Shown here: in pieces, positions 46,371-56,094 of the stretch
Layout: each line of letters begins with the position of its first letter
Numbering within the stretch: the first letter of the stretch is position 1
Notes under the pieces: generated by a model
Told to the model about the DNA's origin: nothing
Database searches by the model: none
What the model saw: the letters and a program-made list of their open reading frames with translations, nothing else
Translations under genes and position numbers: made by a program
IMG/VR virus record: IMGVR_UViG_3300034158_000023
Span: 124,001-188,000 of that record
Reading direction: 5' to 3' (one strand)
DNA length: 64,000 bases

Positions 46371-47723
46371 ATGAAATTACGTATTAATGGCGCAAGCGGT
46401 TTTTCAGCTGGTTTAGAAGATGCAGAAGTTGAAGCTGGTATGTCAGAAGGCGAAGCTGCGATTGCTGCTGCTGAAACTGCTACTGACGTAGCTGAAATCG
46501 AAAGCGACCTTACCAACGCCACTCGTCTTGAAGATCAAGCCGAAGGTATGGAAGACGCTGCTGAAGTTATCGACGGCATCGAACGCGCTACTCCAGGTGA
46601 AGTTCAACTTGCAGACGTGGCTTCTAGCCTAGCAACTGCTGGTACTGACGCTGAAGTTGAAATCTTCGAAGATGCTCCAGAAGGCGAAGCAGTATCTGTG
46701 GAATCTTTCACTAATCGTAAGATTGGTACTGAAGGTCTGAAAGAAATGGCTCAGAAGTTCTGGGCTGAAGTTAAGCGCCTTGTTGCCAAAGCTTGGGAAG
46801 CTATTCTCAAATTCTGGCGTAAAGTGACTGACCAAGTTCCAGGTGTTGTTAAAGCTGCTCGTTCTCTGCGTACTCGCGCTGAAGATGCCGCTGGTAAATC
46901 ACTTAAGTCTGAAGACAAGAAACTCAAAGCTGGCTCTGCTGGTTTAGCGTTAGTCTTAGGCGACAGTTACCCAACTTCTGCTGGCGATGTTACTAAAGCC
47001 GTTGAAAACATGACTGCTGTAGCTAAAATCGTTTTAGATGCTGATGCTAAATCAGTACACGAAGGCGGCGAAGCTTTACAATCTGCTATCAACGATTTCG
47101 ATGTTGAGAAAGCAGAAGAGTCACTGAAGAAAGTAACTGACAAAGTTAAAGCTGGCGGTTTCGGTCAATCTGGCGCATGTAAAACTGCAATCGGTTCAGA
47201 CAGCCGTTACGGTAACGGTTTAACTGCAACTAAGTCTGTTGATCTTCCAGGCGGCGTGATCCTTGTTGCTTCTAAAGCACCAAATGAATCTAACGGTGGT
47301 CTGTTAGGTTGGGCTGCTGCGTTACGTTCACAATCAGTTGCCGTTGTACACCACAACGACAAAGACAAAAAGTCTATCACTGAGAAAGACGTAACTACCT
47401 TGTCTCTGCAAGAGATCAAGAAAGTTGCTGATCAAGCCGAAGATCTTGCACTGGTTGTTAAAGGTTTCCAAGAGAAGCATTTACGTAAACTGGAACAAGC
47501 ATCTAACAAGATGAAAGGCGCTGGTGACAAAGTTGCGAAACAAGTCACTGAAGAAACTCCAGCTCTTGCTCAAAAGCAATATCAAGCCGCTCTGCGTTTC
47601 GTTACTGCATACGCTGCATGGTCTGCTTCTCCATTCAACCGTATCGCACAGATGTCTCTGACAACTGCTCGCGCTGCTATTGAAGTGGGTAACAAGTCTG
47701 TTGGTAAATACTCAGCTGCTTAA
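46371..47723 (+). CDS. Internal head (inner body/ejection) protein, paralog of upstream gene
   Basis: GLE|D, SVE|S and GTE|G motifs. FWAEVKRLVAKAWEAILKFWRKV helix. Strong high-expression codon bias. Confidence 0.75.
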   Translation: MKLRINGASGFSAGLEDAEVEAGMSEGEAAIAAAETATDVAEIESDLTNATRLEDQAEGMEDAAEVIDGIERATPGEVQLADVASSLATAGTDAEVEIFEDAPEGEAVSVESFTNRKIGTEGLKEMAQKFWAEVKRLVAKAWEAILKFWRKVTDQVPGVVKAARSLRTRAEDAAGKSLKSEDKKLKAGSAGLALVLGDSYPTSAGDVTKAVENMTAVAKIVLDADAKSVHEGGEALQSAINDFDVEKAEESLKKVTDKVKAGGFGQSGACKTAIGSDSRYGNGLTATKSVDLPGGVILVASKAPNESNGGLLGWAAALRSQSVAVVHHNDKDKKSITEKDVTTLSLQEIKKVADQAEDLALVVKGFQEKHLRKLEQASNKMKGAGDKVAKQVTEETPALAQKQYQAALRFVTAYAAWSASPFNRIAQMSLTTARAAIEVGNKSVGKYSAA

Positions 47724-47746
47724 TCGCACTCGGGTATTGAAATGAG

Positions 47747-47776
47747 GAAGGGGGCTTCGGCTCCCTTCTTTTGCCG
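47747..47776 (+). terminator. Intrinsic terminator
   Basis: GAAGGGGGC-TTCG-GCTCCCTTC then TTTTGCCG. Confidence 0.85.
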
Positions 47777-47828
47777 TCAGTTATAAATTACCACAGAGCC
47801 TAATGGTGTAGGCAACTGAGGAGGCACT

Positions 47829-48110
47829 ATGCGCCAAATATACACCACTGATAAAATCCTAAAGTTATTTAAATGGTTAAATAGTCTACCTAAAGAAAGA
47901 TTACCATTTGTACCAGTGACAGATAATGAGTTGGAAGAACTACTTGTTCTAGGTACCAACTTCGATGTATTGGAACCAATTCCTGACACTTTTGCAGACG
48001 TACGCGTTAACATGCATGGGTTTACACTAAGGTGCCGACATGGAAGGCTATCTATTTTTACCTGTAAAGATGACGTATTAAAACTGTATGTATTGAAGGG
48101 GGCTAAGTGA
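47829..48110 (+). CDS. Small hypothetical protein
   Basis: 93 aa with GAGGAGG SD. Confidence 0.6.
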   Translation: MRQIYTTDKILKLFKWLNSLPKERLPFVPVTDNELEELLVLGTNFDVLEPIPDTFADVRVNMHGFTLRCRHGRLSIFTCKDDVLKLYVLKGAK

Positions 48111-48580
48111 TGTTGATATGGACTACAAGTGGGATGATGGAACATGACCATAATGCAGATGGGGTATTGTACCTTAACTGCTATAGCCAAGCCTCCACTC
48201 AGTTAGGTAGGGATCTATCTAACTTTGCTAGTTTAGGGTTTACTATTCCAGGCGTGGGAAGGTTTGCATCTATGGAAGGACTTTGGCATTGGGTAGCAAC
48301 TGGTAAGAAGTATCCTGAGTTCATGAGCATGAACGGATACAAAGCTAAGATGGCTAGTCGTAGCTACAAGAAAGTACATAACCCTAACTTTGAGCAGGAT
48401 ATCTGTGCTGGAGTAGAAGCTAAACTAACTCAGAACCCAACTCTACTTCAAGCTTTGATTGCTAATAAATTACCGTTAGCACATTTTCGTTTTAACCATC
48501 AGCAATTAATGGACATCCCTCCTGATCAAATGTTCTGGTTAGAGGCTATCGACAATGTTAGACGATGTTATGATTTCTAA
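48107..48580 (+). CDS. NADAR-like protein (T4 gp30.3-like putative ADP-ribosylhydrolase)
   Basis: YSQASTQLGRDLSNF...FASMEGLWH and KLTQNPTL match the NADAR LSNF...F.S.E..(Y/W) and K..Q.P.L pattern. Confidence 0.6.
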   Translation: MMLIWTTSGMMEHDHNADGVLYLNCYSQASTQLGRDLSNFASLGFTIPGVGRFASMEGLWHWVATGKKYPEFMSMNGYKAKMASRSYKKVHNPNFEQDICAGVEAKLTQNPTLLQALIANKLPLAHFRFNHQQLMDIPPDQMFWLEAIDNVRRCYDF

Positions 48581-48602
48581 TACCTGATTCAAAGGAGTTC
48601 CC

Positions 48603-50153
48603 ATGCCCGCATTAGCACTACCCGTGGTTGAGACGTACAACGCCATAGAAAGACCTGTAGCCGTAGATATCGCTAAACGCCTAGCAAGTATATCAGGGTT
48701 AGATGTACCGATCATTATAAGCTTCCCAGGAGCTAATGACGCCATGCCTCTTTTCGATAGCCGCTTACAGCAAGATAAGAATGCTGATAGTGCTGTCTAT
48801 AAGAACCGCAGTAAGTTTTCTATTACAGTAACTGAAAGTTATTTGGAAGGTACGGAACTCAACACTATCGTTAGATCACGTGATGCTCCAGTTTTATTTG
48901 CCGATGAAGCACTGGGTGTAGAAATGTATCCAGTGTACAGTGCTACTGAAGTAAGAATGTCATTTACCTATCGTGCTCAGGATAGACGTGAAGCTGAAAT
49001 CTTTAGAGACCAATACCGAATCAAACTAGCTGAAGGTGTGCGTGAGTTAGTAATGTCTGCTGCGTATGAAATACCTGTACCTAAAGAGTATCTAATGATA
49101 CTCAAGCAGATACACACTCTACGTGAAAAGCAAGGAGGGTACGGGGAGACTTGGGCTAAGTGGATGAACACTAACTTAAGTCCTAAAGCTACGGTTTTAA
49201 CCACCATGGCTGGTACTGAACCTTTGTTAGTTTTTAAAGAAAGACAAGAAGGGATTTTAGGTTACTGGGATTTTGATTTACCTCCAGAACATTCGAAGGG
49301 TGAAACTGGCAGTACTTACGAATTAACCATGGATTTCATTTACACTTATGAAAAGCCTATCAACTTTGTTTTACGTTATCCTCTGGTGGTACATAACCAG
49401 ATGTTGCCTAAGCGATTTGTGCCTGCAAGAAACTTAAAGTATTATTCTCGCATGGAAGGTACTAAAAGTGAAACTAATGCAGCGTATGACATGTTCCGTA
49501 AACTGTCAGGGTATTATTACAACACCTTAGATGGAATCTCTCAGCCTTTTGCAGACGAGTTCTCACCTAGAACAGTAATGCCTAATATGTTTAACGCTCT
49601 CACACAGCTTATACGCGTTGATTTACAAAACCCTAGGCAAGTTATCAACCTGAAGGAATTCTATCCTTACAGAGCTTCCCAAGGCGTTCTAGACGCACTA
49701 ACTCTGTTCCAGTCGACAGTGGCTGTACCTTACATGTCTCCTTTTACGTTATGTCTATTTGAAAACGGTGTTAGGGTACATGAATCTAAGGTTGTAATGG
49801 ATGCTGAGTTTAATGTTAGCACTAACTACGACATGGACATTCGCAAGACTTACCATTTAGGTATCTACTTGCTAATCAATCCAGCGTTGTTACAACCAGC
49901 AGCAGAATCTACCCTACTGAACAATCCAACTATTTGTTTAAACTATGCTGATACCCTAAGATGCCTATCAGATGAACCTAACTATGAAATAGAAGTATTA
50001 GCTGACCGATTAGTGAATCGTAACAGTTGGTGGTATTTTGTACGTACACTTAGAAGTGTGCATTCGGTTTATCGAAATAAGATTTGGCAATCTTGGAATT
50101 TAGTTGCTAGTTGTACAGTAGTCACTGAGGTAAAAACAAATGCCACCATTTGA
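48603..50153 (+). CDS. Virion structural protein (phiKZ gp98-like; neck/tail-junction candidate)
   Basis: 516 aa with GGAG SD. Synteny. Confidence 0.55.
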   Translation: MPALALPVVETYNAIERPVAVDIAKRLASISGLDVPIIISFPGANDAMPLFDSRLQQDKNADSAVYKNRSKFSITVTESYLEGTELNTIVRSRDAPVLFADEALGVEMYPVYSATEVRMSFTYRAQDRREAEIFRDQYRIKLAEGVRELVMSAAYEIPVPKEYLMILKQIHTLREKQGGYGETWAKWMNTNLSPKATVLTTMAGTEPLLVFKERQEGILGYWDFDLPPEHSKGETGSTYELTMDFIYTYEKPINFVLRYPLVVHNQMLPKRFVPARNLKYYSRMEGTKSETNAAYDMFRKLSGYYYNTLDGISQPFADEFSPRTVMPNMFNALTQLIRVDLQNPRQVINLKEFYPYRASQGVLDALTLFQSTVAVPYMSPFTLCLFENGVRVHESKVVMDAEFNVSTNYDMDIRKTYHLGIYLLINPALLQPAAESTLLNNPTICLNYADTLRCLSDEPNYEIEVLADRLVNRNSWWYFVRTLRSVHSVYRNKIWQSWNLVASCTVVTEVKTNATI

Positions 50154-51501
50154 ATTAGATAATGAAAGCGGGGTTGTTGATAACAAAAACCCTAATGATG
50201 CACCAGCTCCTTATCAGACGACGGCAGTAGATAACGCCTATAGTCCAGTGCGTAGTTTATTAACCCACGTAGAAGGTGCTAAGTGGGTACTGGACGATTA
50301 CTTTAGCCAATACTTAGGTATGGATCAAGCAGTCGATCAACAGAACGTTAACTCAGTTGCAGTTTACCAGCAGTACTTGCGCATTAAAGAATTTGAAATG
50401 CGGGTTAGCTCACCGCTAGACATTTCATCTGATACTAGTAGCCGTGAATTCCAATTAGTTGGTTCAGCCACTATGTACCCAGGTTTCATCCCCAACAAAG
50501 GCGATATGTTTGTTGCCATGATTGGAGATGGTCGTAAAATGTTGTTTACTCTAACCGACATAGAAAAGAAAACTATGTTGTTAGATGCGGTGTATGAAGT
50601 CAGTTACGAGAGTGTGGATTATCTAAGTCCAGACTTAGAACAAAACTTGCTGTCCAAAGTAGTTAAGACAGTAACTTTTGTAAAAGAGTTTATGGCGTTA
50701 GGTAATACCCCATTCCTAGTGGATAGTGAATACTCTACTCTAAAAGAGTTAAGAGAATGGATCCATAAATTACCATTGGAATATGTAAGAGAGTTCTTCG
50801 ATGAAGAGTTCTCTACCTTCTTGATCCCAGGACAAGATAAACCAATGTACGATCCATTTATTGTGAAGTTTGCTAAAGCTACGATGTCTACTCATCAAGA
50901 ACCTTTATGGGCTCGTGTGAGAGAACACAACTGCGATAACGGTAGAGACAGTGGATATACAACTATCCTAGACACTCTGTTGGAAACCAACGAACGTGGT
51001 TTAGATTTTGTGCAGCAGTTCTTTGCGGTGTTCTTTGTTCGCGGGCAACATCGAAACACTACGTTTGGAACAGTGACGTATTCTGGTATAGATAACGTCT
51101 ACTATCCTAAAGGTAATGATTCACTTGGTTACCTTAATGAGAACGTGCCATTTAAACCTTCCCCACCGCGTGAGTTTAATCGCCCGATAGATTTAAGTAT
51201 TGTTATCTCTGATACCACTCTGGAAGGGCTAACAGCACCAGACATGATTTCTGTAGACTCTATACGTCCTGTGACTGTAGATAACTATTACATACTTTCC
51301 AAAGCGTTCTATGAGAGTGATCAGGCTAACATGTCAGCATTAGAATTGTTGTTGCATGCTACGTATTACTCAAAACCTTTATGCCACTTCACGCTGTTGA
51401 ATTTATGTAAGAAGTCGGTGTACTGGGGAGTGTTAGAACGATTCTATTACTTACCACTGTTGCAGTTCTTATTGGTGGTTTCTAAGAAGGATGTAAACTA
51501 A
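50140..51501 (+). CDS. Virion structural protein (phiKZ gp99-like; neck/head-closure candidate)
   Basis: 453 aa. YPGFIPNKGDMF resembles the P..GD.I of head-closure proteins. Synteny. Confidence 0.55.
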   Translation: MPPFELDNESGVVDNKNPNDAPAPYQTTAVDNAYSPVRSLLTHVEGAKWVLDDYFSQYLGMDQAVDQQNVNSVAVYQQYLRIKEFEMRVSSPLDISSDTSSREFQLVGSATMYPGFIPNKGDMFVAMIGDGRKMLFTLTDIEKKTMLLDAVYEVSYESVDYLSPDLEQNLLSKVVKTVTFVKEFMALGNTPFLVDSEYSTLKELREWIHKLPLEYVREFFDEEFSTFLIPGQDKPMYDPFIVKFAKATMSTHQEPLWARVREHNCDNGRDSGYTTILDTLLETNERGLDFVQQFFAVFFVRGQHRNTTFGTVTYSGIDNVYYPKGNDSLGYLNENVPFKPSPPREFNRPIDLSIVISDTTLEGLTAPDMISVDSIRPVTVDNYYILSKAFYESDQANMSALELLLHATYYSKPLCHFTLLNLCKKSVYWGVLERFYYLPLLQFLLVVSKKDVN

Positions 51502-52089
51502 ATGGAATACAAATGCGAACAAGATACTCCAGCGTGGAAACTATTCCATACTGAATTTCTAGTTAGTATCCCTGCGGCTCACGTACGATCAGCCCATGAT
51601 CAAAAAGTGTTTGGCTTTGTTAGTACCGGAGATTCTGAGTACGATAAACAGTTAGCTCATGCACACACGAAAGTGTACCGGAAGATCCCCGAGTTAGCTG
51701 AACTGTTAGATGCTGGAGTAAACCCTAACATTCTTAACCCAGATAACCAGATCCCTCGGATGACTGAGTTGATCAAAGCGCATATCCAAGAGATTGATAA
51801 CTTACAAAGTGGTCGATACTCCAGGGTGCGTCCGGAGGATGAATTAGATCCTGAGGTATTGGAAGAACTCCAGTTATTGGAAAAGTTCTCTGCGTGGATG
51901 AATAAAGTCCCACGGGATGAAAAGCCTATCGACAACTCGCCAAAAGGTTACGCAGCTTATTTGCAGCGCTTCAAGCTTATGTCTATGGGTGGCTTAGAAG
52001 GTGCTCCACCATCTGTCCCTATTAAACCGTTCACAAACGCTGACAGCGGGTTTACTAAGAAAGGACTAAGGAGAATACCTAGATGGTAG
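51502..52089 (+). CDS. Conserved protein (phiKZ gp100-like)
   Basis: 195 aa, abutting the upstream stop codon. Confidence 0.55.
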   Translation: MEYKCEQDTPAWKLFHTEFLVSIPAAHVRSAHDQKVFGFVSTGDSEYDKQLAHAHTKVYRKIPELAELLDAGVNPNILNPDNQIPRMTELIKAHIQEIDNLQSGRYSRVRPEDELDPEVLEELQLLEKFSAWMNKVPRDEKPIDNSPKGYAAYLQRFKLMSMGGLEGAPPSVPIKPFTNADSGFTKKGLRRIPRW

Positions 52090-53402
52090 TAAAAAGCCTC
52101 ACAACGCATGCTGAGGTAGTTAAATCTATCCAGGCCGATACCTACCCAACTTACTTTGAATACAAGTGTCAGTTCACAGTCAATGGTTTAGTGATCGACA
52201 CTTTAAAAACTGTGGAGATAGATATAGCCGAAGACTATGCGAATGGTTATGGGGCTGCTATCATAATCTCTGTGGCCATGATTTTAGATGACTACATGCA
52301 GAAGGTTTATCCTAATCGGAATGCGTTAACCTGTACTCTGGTTAAAAAGGCGGTTACAACTGGAGTTACAGCTGTAACTCCTTTGATGTCTACTACGGTA
52401 GAGTATTCCGTGGTGCCATTAGACAACGTTGACATGGCTGCATCTGCTAAAGTTAACTTTGATGGTAAGTTAGGGATAGGAACATTTAAGTTCCAGTTGA
52501 TCCCATTACCTTTAGAGAAACTTAGACTAGAAACTGTCAGTGGGGTATATCCGGAAGCCGCAGCGATTGATGTACTTAAAGTGTTACTAGGTAATGCTAC
52601 CCGTAAACGAGCTACAAACAGTTCTAACGCGTTTACTGGGTTTGCCGCTACCGAGCCACCTAAAGAGATCAAAGTAAAGCCACAGCTGATAATTAAGCCC
52701 ACTAACGTGCTTGATCTACCTACGTACTTACAGAAACATTGTGGTGGTATCTACAACCATGGTATTGGTTGTTATTTCTACAATACTTTCTGGTATATAT
52801 ACCCACTGTACGATTGCACTAGATACGATAGAGCAAAACGCACTTTGGATATTGCAGTACTGCCCCAACAACAAACTATCGGCATAGATAAAACTTATGC
52901 TTACGTTAACAACCGAGCATTTATTTTAATCACTGCTGAGTTCCAAGAAACAGATAACCGAGATGTAAAAATGTTAAACAAGGGTAATGGCGTTAGGTTC
53001 TCTAATGCTACTATCATGTTTGATGAGTTTACTACTCGTGGTGGAAACAAAGCTACTACTGATATCACTAAGAACGTTTCACAGTTTGTTTTAAGTGAAC
53101 GTGAAACAGGTGACCAGTATGCTCCATTCAGTGATAATGAGATTACTGATAACGTAGCGCAGGAACTGTCTAAGCTAAGTGCTAGAATGGGGACGGAAGT
53201 AACTATGCGATGGAAGTATGCTAACCCTGATATCCTATATCCTGGGATGCCAGTCAAAGTACACTTCCCCGTAGAAGGTGGGGTTAAAGAAAGGTTAGGG
53301 GTATTGTTAGCTATACAAACATATGGCCGTACTTTACAACCAGAAATGACTGCAATGAAAGTAGGTATGGAAGTTGCATTAAAGTTATTCTTAGCTGACT
53401 AA
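52083..53402 (+). CDS. Virion structural protein, baseplate hub-like (phiKZ gp101-like)
   Basis: 439 aa, beta-rich, C-terminal LYPGMPVKV typical of hub (gp27/VgrG-like) proteins. Confidence 0.55.
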   Translation: MVVKSLTTHAEVVKSIQADTYPTYFEYKCQFTVNGLVIDTLKTVEIDIAEDYANGYGAAIIISVAMILDDYMQKVYPNRNALTCTLVKKAVTTGVTAVTPLMSTTVEYSVVPLDNVDMAASAKVNFDGKLGIGTFKFQLIPLPLEKLRLETVSGVYPEAAAIDVLKVLLGNATRKRATNSSNAFTGFAATEPPKEIKVKPQLIIKPTNVLDLPTYLQKHCGGIYNHGIGCYFYNTFWYIYPLYDCTRYDRAKRTLDIAVLPQQQTIGIDKTYAYVNNRAFILITAEFQETDNRDVKMLNKGNGVRFSNATIMFDEFTTRGGNKATTDITKNVSQFVLSERETGDQYAPFSDNEITDNVAQELSKLSARMGTEVTMRWKYANPDILYPGMPVKVHFPVEGGVKERLGVLLAIQTYGRTLQPEMTAMKVGMEVALKLFLAD

Positions 53403-53409
53403 CATAAAC

Positions 53410-53440
53410 TGGGAGGACTGCTAGTCCTCCCATTATGCCG
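53410..53440 (+). terminator. Hairpin terminator followed by TTATGCCG
   Basis: TGGGAGGACT-GCT-AGTCCTCCCA then TTATGCCG. Confidence 0.75.
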
Positions 53441-53526
53441 TGACTGGAAAACTTTCTAAATATATATTGTTTTAGTAGTAAGAAAGCATAAAGCTTTCTA
53501 TTCATAAAACAATAAAGGGTATTACC

Positions 53527-53616
53527 ATGAACAAATTCGAAAAGTTTGTTGAGCGCAACCAAGAAGTTCTACTGTTAATCTCTGCCGTGATTGGGTTGAT
53601 GTACAAATATATTTAG
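53527..53616 (+). CDS. Unannotated 29-aa small membrane-type peptide MNKFEKFVERNQEVLLLISAVIGLMYKYI
   Basis: ACAATAAAGGG leader, upstream ATATATATTG promoter-like motif, and downstream hairpin. Confidence 0.5.
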   Translation: MNKFEKFVERNQEVLLLISAVIGLMYKYI

Positions 53617-53628
53617 TTTAATTATATG

Positions 53629-53657
53629 GGAGGTAGTGCACTTAAGTGCGCACCTCC
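53629..53657 (+). terminator. Hairpin after small ORF
   Basis: GGAGGT-A-GTGCAC-TTAA-GTGCGC-ACCTCC. TTTTTTGCCG lies shortly downstream. Confidence 0.6.
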
Positions 53658-53687
53658 TAAACCTATATTTTTTGCCGGAGGTGTAAA

Positions 53688-53942
53688 ATGAGTAAACGTA
53701 AAGTTGAATTAAACTTCGATACTGAAGCAGGTATTCCAGATGCTGTTGCTACTGTACGCCCTATCAACGGACAAACAGAAACCGCAGTAAGAGTGTATGT
53801 CGTAGGTGAAGGTGAAGACCTAGCCGTAGAAGAATTAATAGAGGAAGTTAGACAGCAGTTATCCGCTGATGGCGTATACGTCATGACCTCCCTTAAAATT
53901 CCAACTACTGAGACACACGCATGGAAATCTATTACCCATTAA
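53688..53942 (+). CDS. Small acidic hypothetical protein
   Basis: 84 aa with GGAGG SD. Confidence 0.6.
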   Translation: MSKRKVELNFDTEAGIPDAVATVRPINGQTETAVRVYVVGEGEDLAVEELIEEVRQQLSADGVYVMTSLKIPTTETHAWKSITH

Positions 53943-54166
53943 TCGCTAGACTTAAGATGACTATGCTAATCGTTGGGTTAGTATGGTCATTGGCTTATGC
54001 CGCTGTAGCGGTAGAGAAGAAAAATAAAATGATGGTCATAGAGGATGTCGTGGTAGAAGCATCATATGAAAACCATCTGTATAATAAAAGGATTTCCAAT
54101 GATTCACAGCATAAATCTGACATGTACAAGAAGCAAAGAAGCAAGCCAGTATTCCATGTACATTGA
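53921..54166 (+). CDS. Small hypothetical protein with N-terminal hydrophobic segment
   Basis: 81 aa with hydrophobic LIVGLVWSLAYAAVAV. Overlaps the next gene by 68 nt, which lowers confidence. Confidence 0.4.
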   Translation: MEIYYPLIARLKMTMLIVGLVWSLAYAAVAVEKKNKMMVIEDVVVEASYENHLYNKRISNDSQHKSDMYKKQRSKPVFHVH

Positions 54167-54470
54167 GTTGCCACCACTCCCTAAGCAGATCTATGATCGA
54201 TCTACAAAGATGTGTATGGTAACTGTAAACGACGTTACATTCCCTTTCTCTGTCACACTACCACTAGAGAAAGATTATCTAAATCCAGAACTTGAAGCAA
54301 TGCCTAAAGTTGATCTGTGGAACTTCCAATCTAAACTTAGAGAACTCAAAATACTTGCTGATGATGAATTTCTCTGCACCGTGCAAACTGGCCTTAAGTT
54401 TAAGGAAAGGCACAAGGGTGCTAACGTTAGACCGGATGAAGCAGCTGCCATTAAATACGAATGGAACTAA
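54099..54470 (+). CDS. Hypothetical protein
   Basis: Start reassigned to ATG 54099 behind AATAAAAGG. Confidence 0.6.
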   Translation: MIHSINLTCTRSKEASQYSMYIELPPLPKQIYDRSTKMCMVTVNDVTFPFSVTLPLEKDYLNPELEAMPKVDLWNFQSKLRELKILADDEFLCTVQTGLKFKERHKGANVRPDEAAAIKYEWN

Positions 54471-54471
54471 A

Positions 54472-54522
54472 CGGCATAAAGAGAGAGCTTAGTGCTCTCT
54501 CTTATTTTTTTGTTTTATGCCG
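54472..54522. terminator. Bidirectional terminator flanked on both sides by CGGCATAA/TTATGCCG
   Basis: GAGAGAGC-TTAGT-GCTCTCTC with T-tract on +. TTTATGCCG follows on -. Confidence 0.82.
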
Positions 54523-56062
54523 CCATATCAAACCAGCTGTCATCACGATCGTCGTTTACGCTACGACCACCTGGCTTCTTAAGGGATAGATCTTCTCCTT
54601 TAAGATCATCTCGACAGCCCCCTGCATCAAAGAACGGCAGAACACAATAGAGATCTTTCTCTGGTGTCTGTGGCCCACTCTTACGATGCTTACCACGCTG
54701 TAGTGTAAGGTAACTTCGCCCATTAACTTTAACGATGTGGATAAGTATCTCAATGTCAACTTCTTGGTCGATCGTCTTACAGCTATCGTAATACCCTTTG
54801 TTGACGATTTCTTTTACAAAGTCGTCAGTACCATTACGCAACAGATATTTCGCCTCTGTTGAAATCTGATGCGGTGTAATGAAGGCTATCTTACGTGGGT
54901 TAGTAAAGTTACGTACACGACGGAACAAATCACGAGTATCTGAACCAGTTGGGCCTTGAGTACAACCTACCTTACTAAACATGTTCAGGTAGTCAACTGT
55001 GAGTAGATGGATTTCATAACCTTCTGACTCATAGAACATAATCAAGTTAAACAGTTTCTGATAGGTGAACTCAGACGGGTTAACACGCAACATCTTAAAC
55101 GCGTAACCATTGATACTAGTTTCTTCGTAAATGTACTTAGCGGCCTCCTCAGGAGTAACTGCGGTACAATCTGCCACCTCTCCTGTTCGGTTTTCTTTTA
55201 GGCTAGAATACGTTAACAGAATGTTATCTGTTAGTTGGTTCTCTGACGAGATGTGTAAGATAAGTGGTTTCTTATCTGGGTCTAACATATACGGTTTATT
55301 GTAAAGAGCTACCTGCTTAGTTAAGTTCAGAGTAAAACCAGTTTTATAGTTATGTTGTAGTGCACCAACAACCATAAAGTCACCACGACGAATACCAGCA
55401 TGTGATCCCAACATACGGTTCACAGCTTGATACCCAAACTGGAGCATACCTTCTAAACTCGTTTCATCTTGTGCTTCTTTAAAGAGGCCAGCTATTTCTT
55501 CCACATTAGAAAAGTCAACCTCGCCTAATACACCAGCCATACCCTTAGCACCTTGGGCATTACTTTCAACAGTGTACTTCTCAAGATTACTTTGCATCTC
55601 AGTAGCAAAGTTGGTTACATCGATTTGTTCTGTGGTGTATAAAGCACGTTGTACGCATGATCTAATGTAGGCTTGGAAATCTCGCTGTTTAATAAAGTTC
55701 TGTATGAGCTTTGAGTACTCAAGGATCTTTTTCTTAGTTAGTTCAGGAGAGATTTCATCACCAAGTGCATCTGTAATTGCTGTATAGATATGAGTATCAC
55801 TCATGCAGTTGATTTTAATTCTTTGCAATAGTGCTTGTTTATCTAATGGTTCCCCTTTGTCTAAGTCGCACATATGCAATACTGTATGACGTAGGCCGTA
55901 CAGTATTTCCTTATTGTCATCTGTCTCTAAAGTAGCCGCAGGCATTTCCATGGCCTCGACGATTTCTTTTATATGAGCTGAGCTATCGCCTGATTTACCT
56001 AGGGCCATGTTCTCCCAATATAGTAAAGTGATGGCATGCACTAATAATAATCTCGGTTCCAT
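54515..56062 (-). CDS. DnaB-like replicative helicase (phiKZ gp118-like)
   Basis: GIRRGDFMVVGALQHNYKT (variant Walker A), LLTVDYL (Walker B), PHQ and RGKHR. Confidence 0.9.
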   Translation of the reverse strand: MEPRLLLVHAITLLYWENMALGKSGDSSAHIKEIVEAMEMPAATLETDDNKEILYGLRHTVLHMCDLDKGEPLDKQALLQRIKINCMSDTHIYTAITDALGDEISPELTKKKILEYSKLIQNFIKQRDFQAYIRSCVQRALYTTEQIDVTNFATEMQSNLEKYTVESNAQGAKGMAGVLGEVDFSNVEEIAGLFKEAQDETSLEGMLQFGYQAVNRMLGSHAGIRRGDFMVVGALQHNYKTGFTLNLTKQVALYNKPYMLDPDKKPLILHISSENQLTDNILLTYSSLKENRTGEVADCTAVTPEEAAKYIYEETSINGYAFKMLRVNPSEFTYQKLFNLIMFYESEGYEIHLLTVDYLNMFSKVGCTQGPTGSDTRDLFRRVRNFTNPRKIAFITPHQISTEAKYLLRNGTDDFVKEIVNKGYYDSCKTIDQEVDIEILIHIVKVNGRSYLTLQRGKHRKSGPQTPEKDLYCVLPFFDAGGCRDDLKGEDLSLKKPGGRSVNDDRDDSWFDMAA

Positions 56063-56094
56063 ATATTTTTTTACCTAATTAAAAGGGAGTCATC

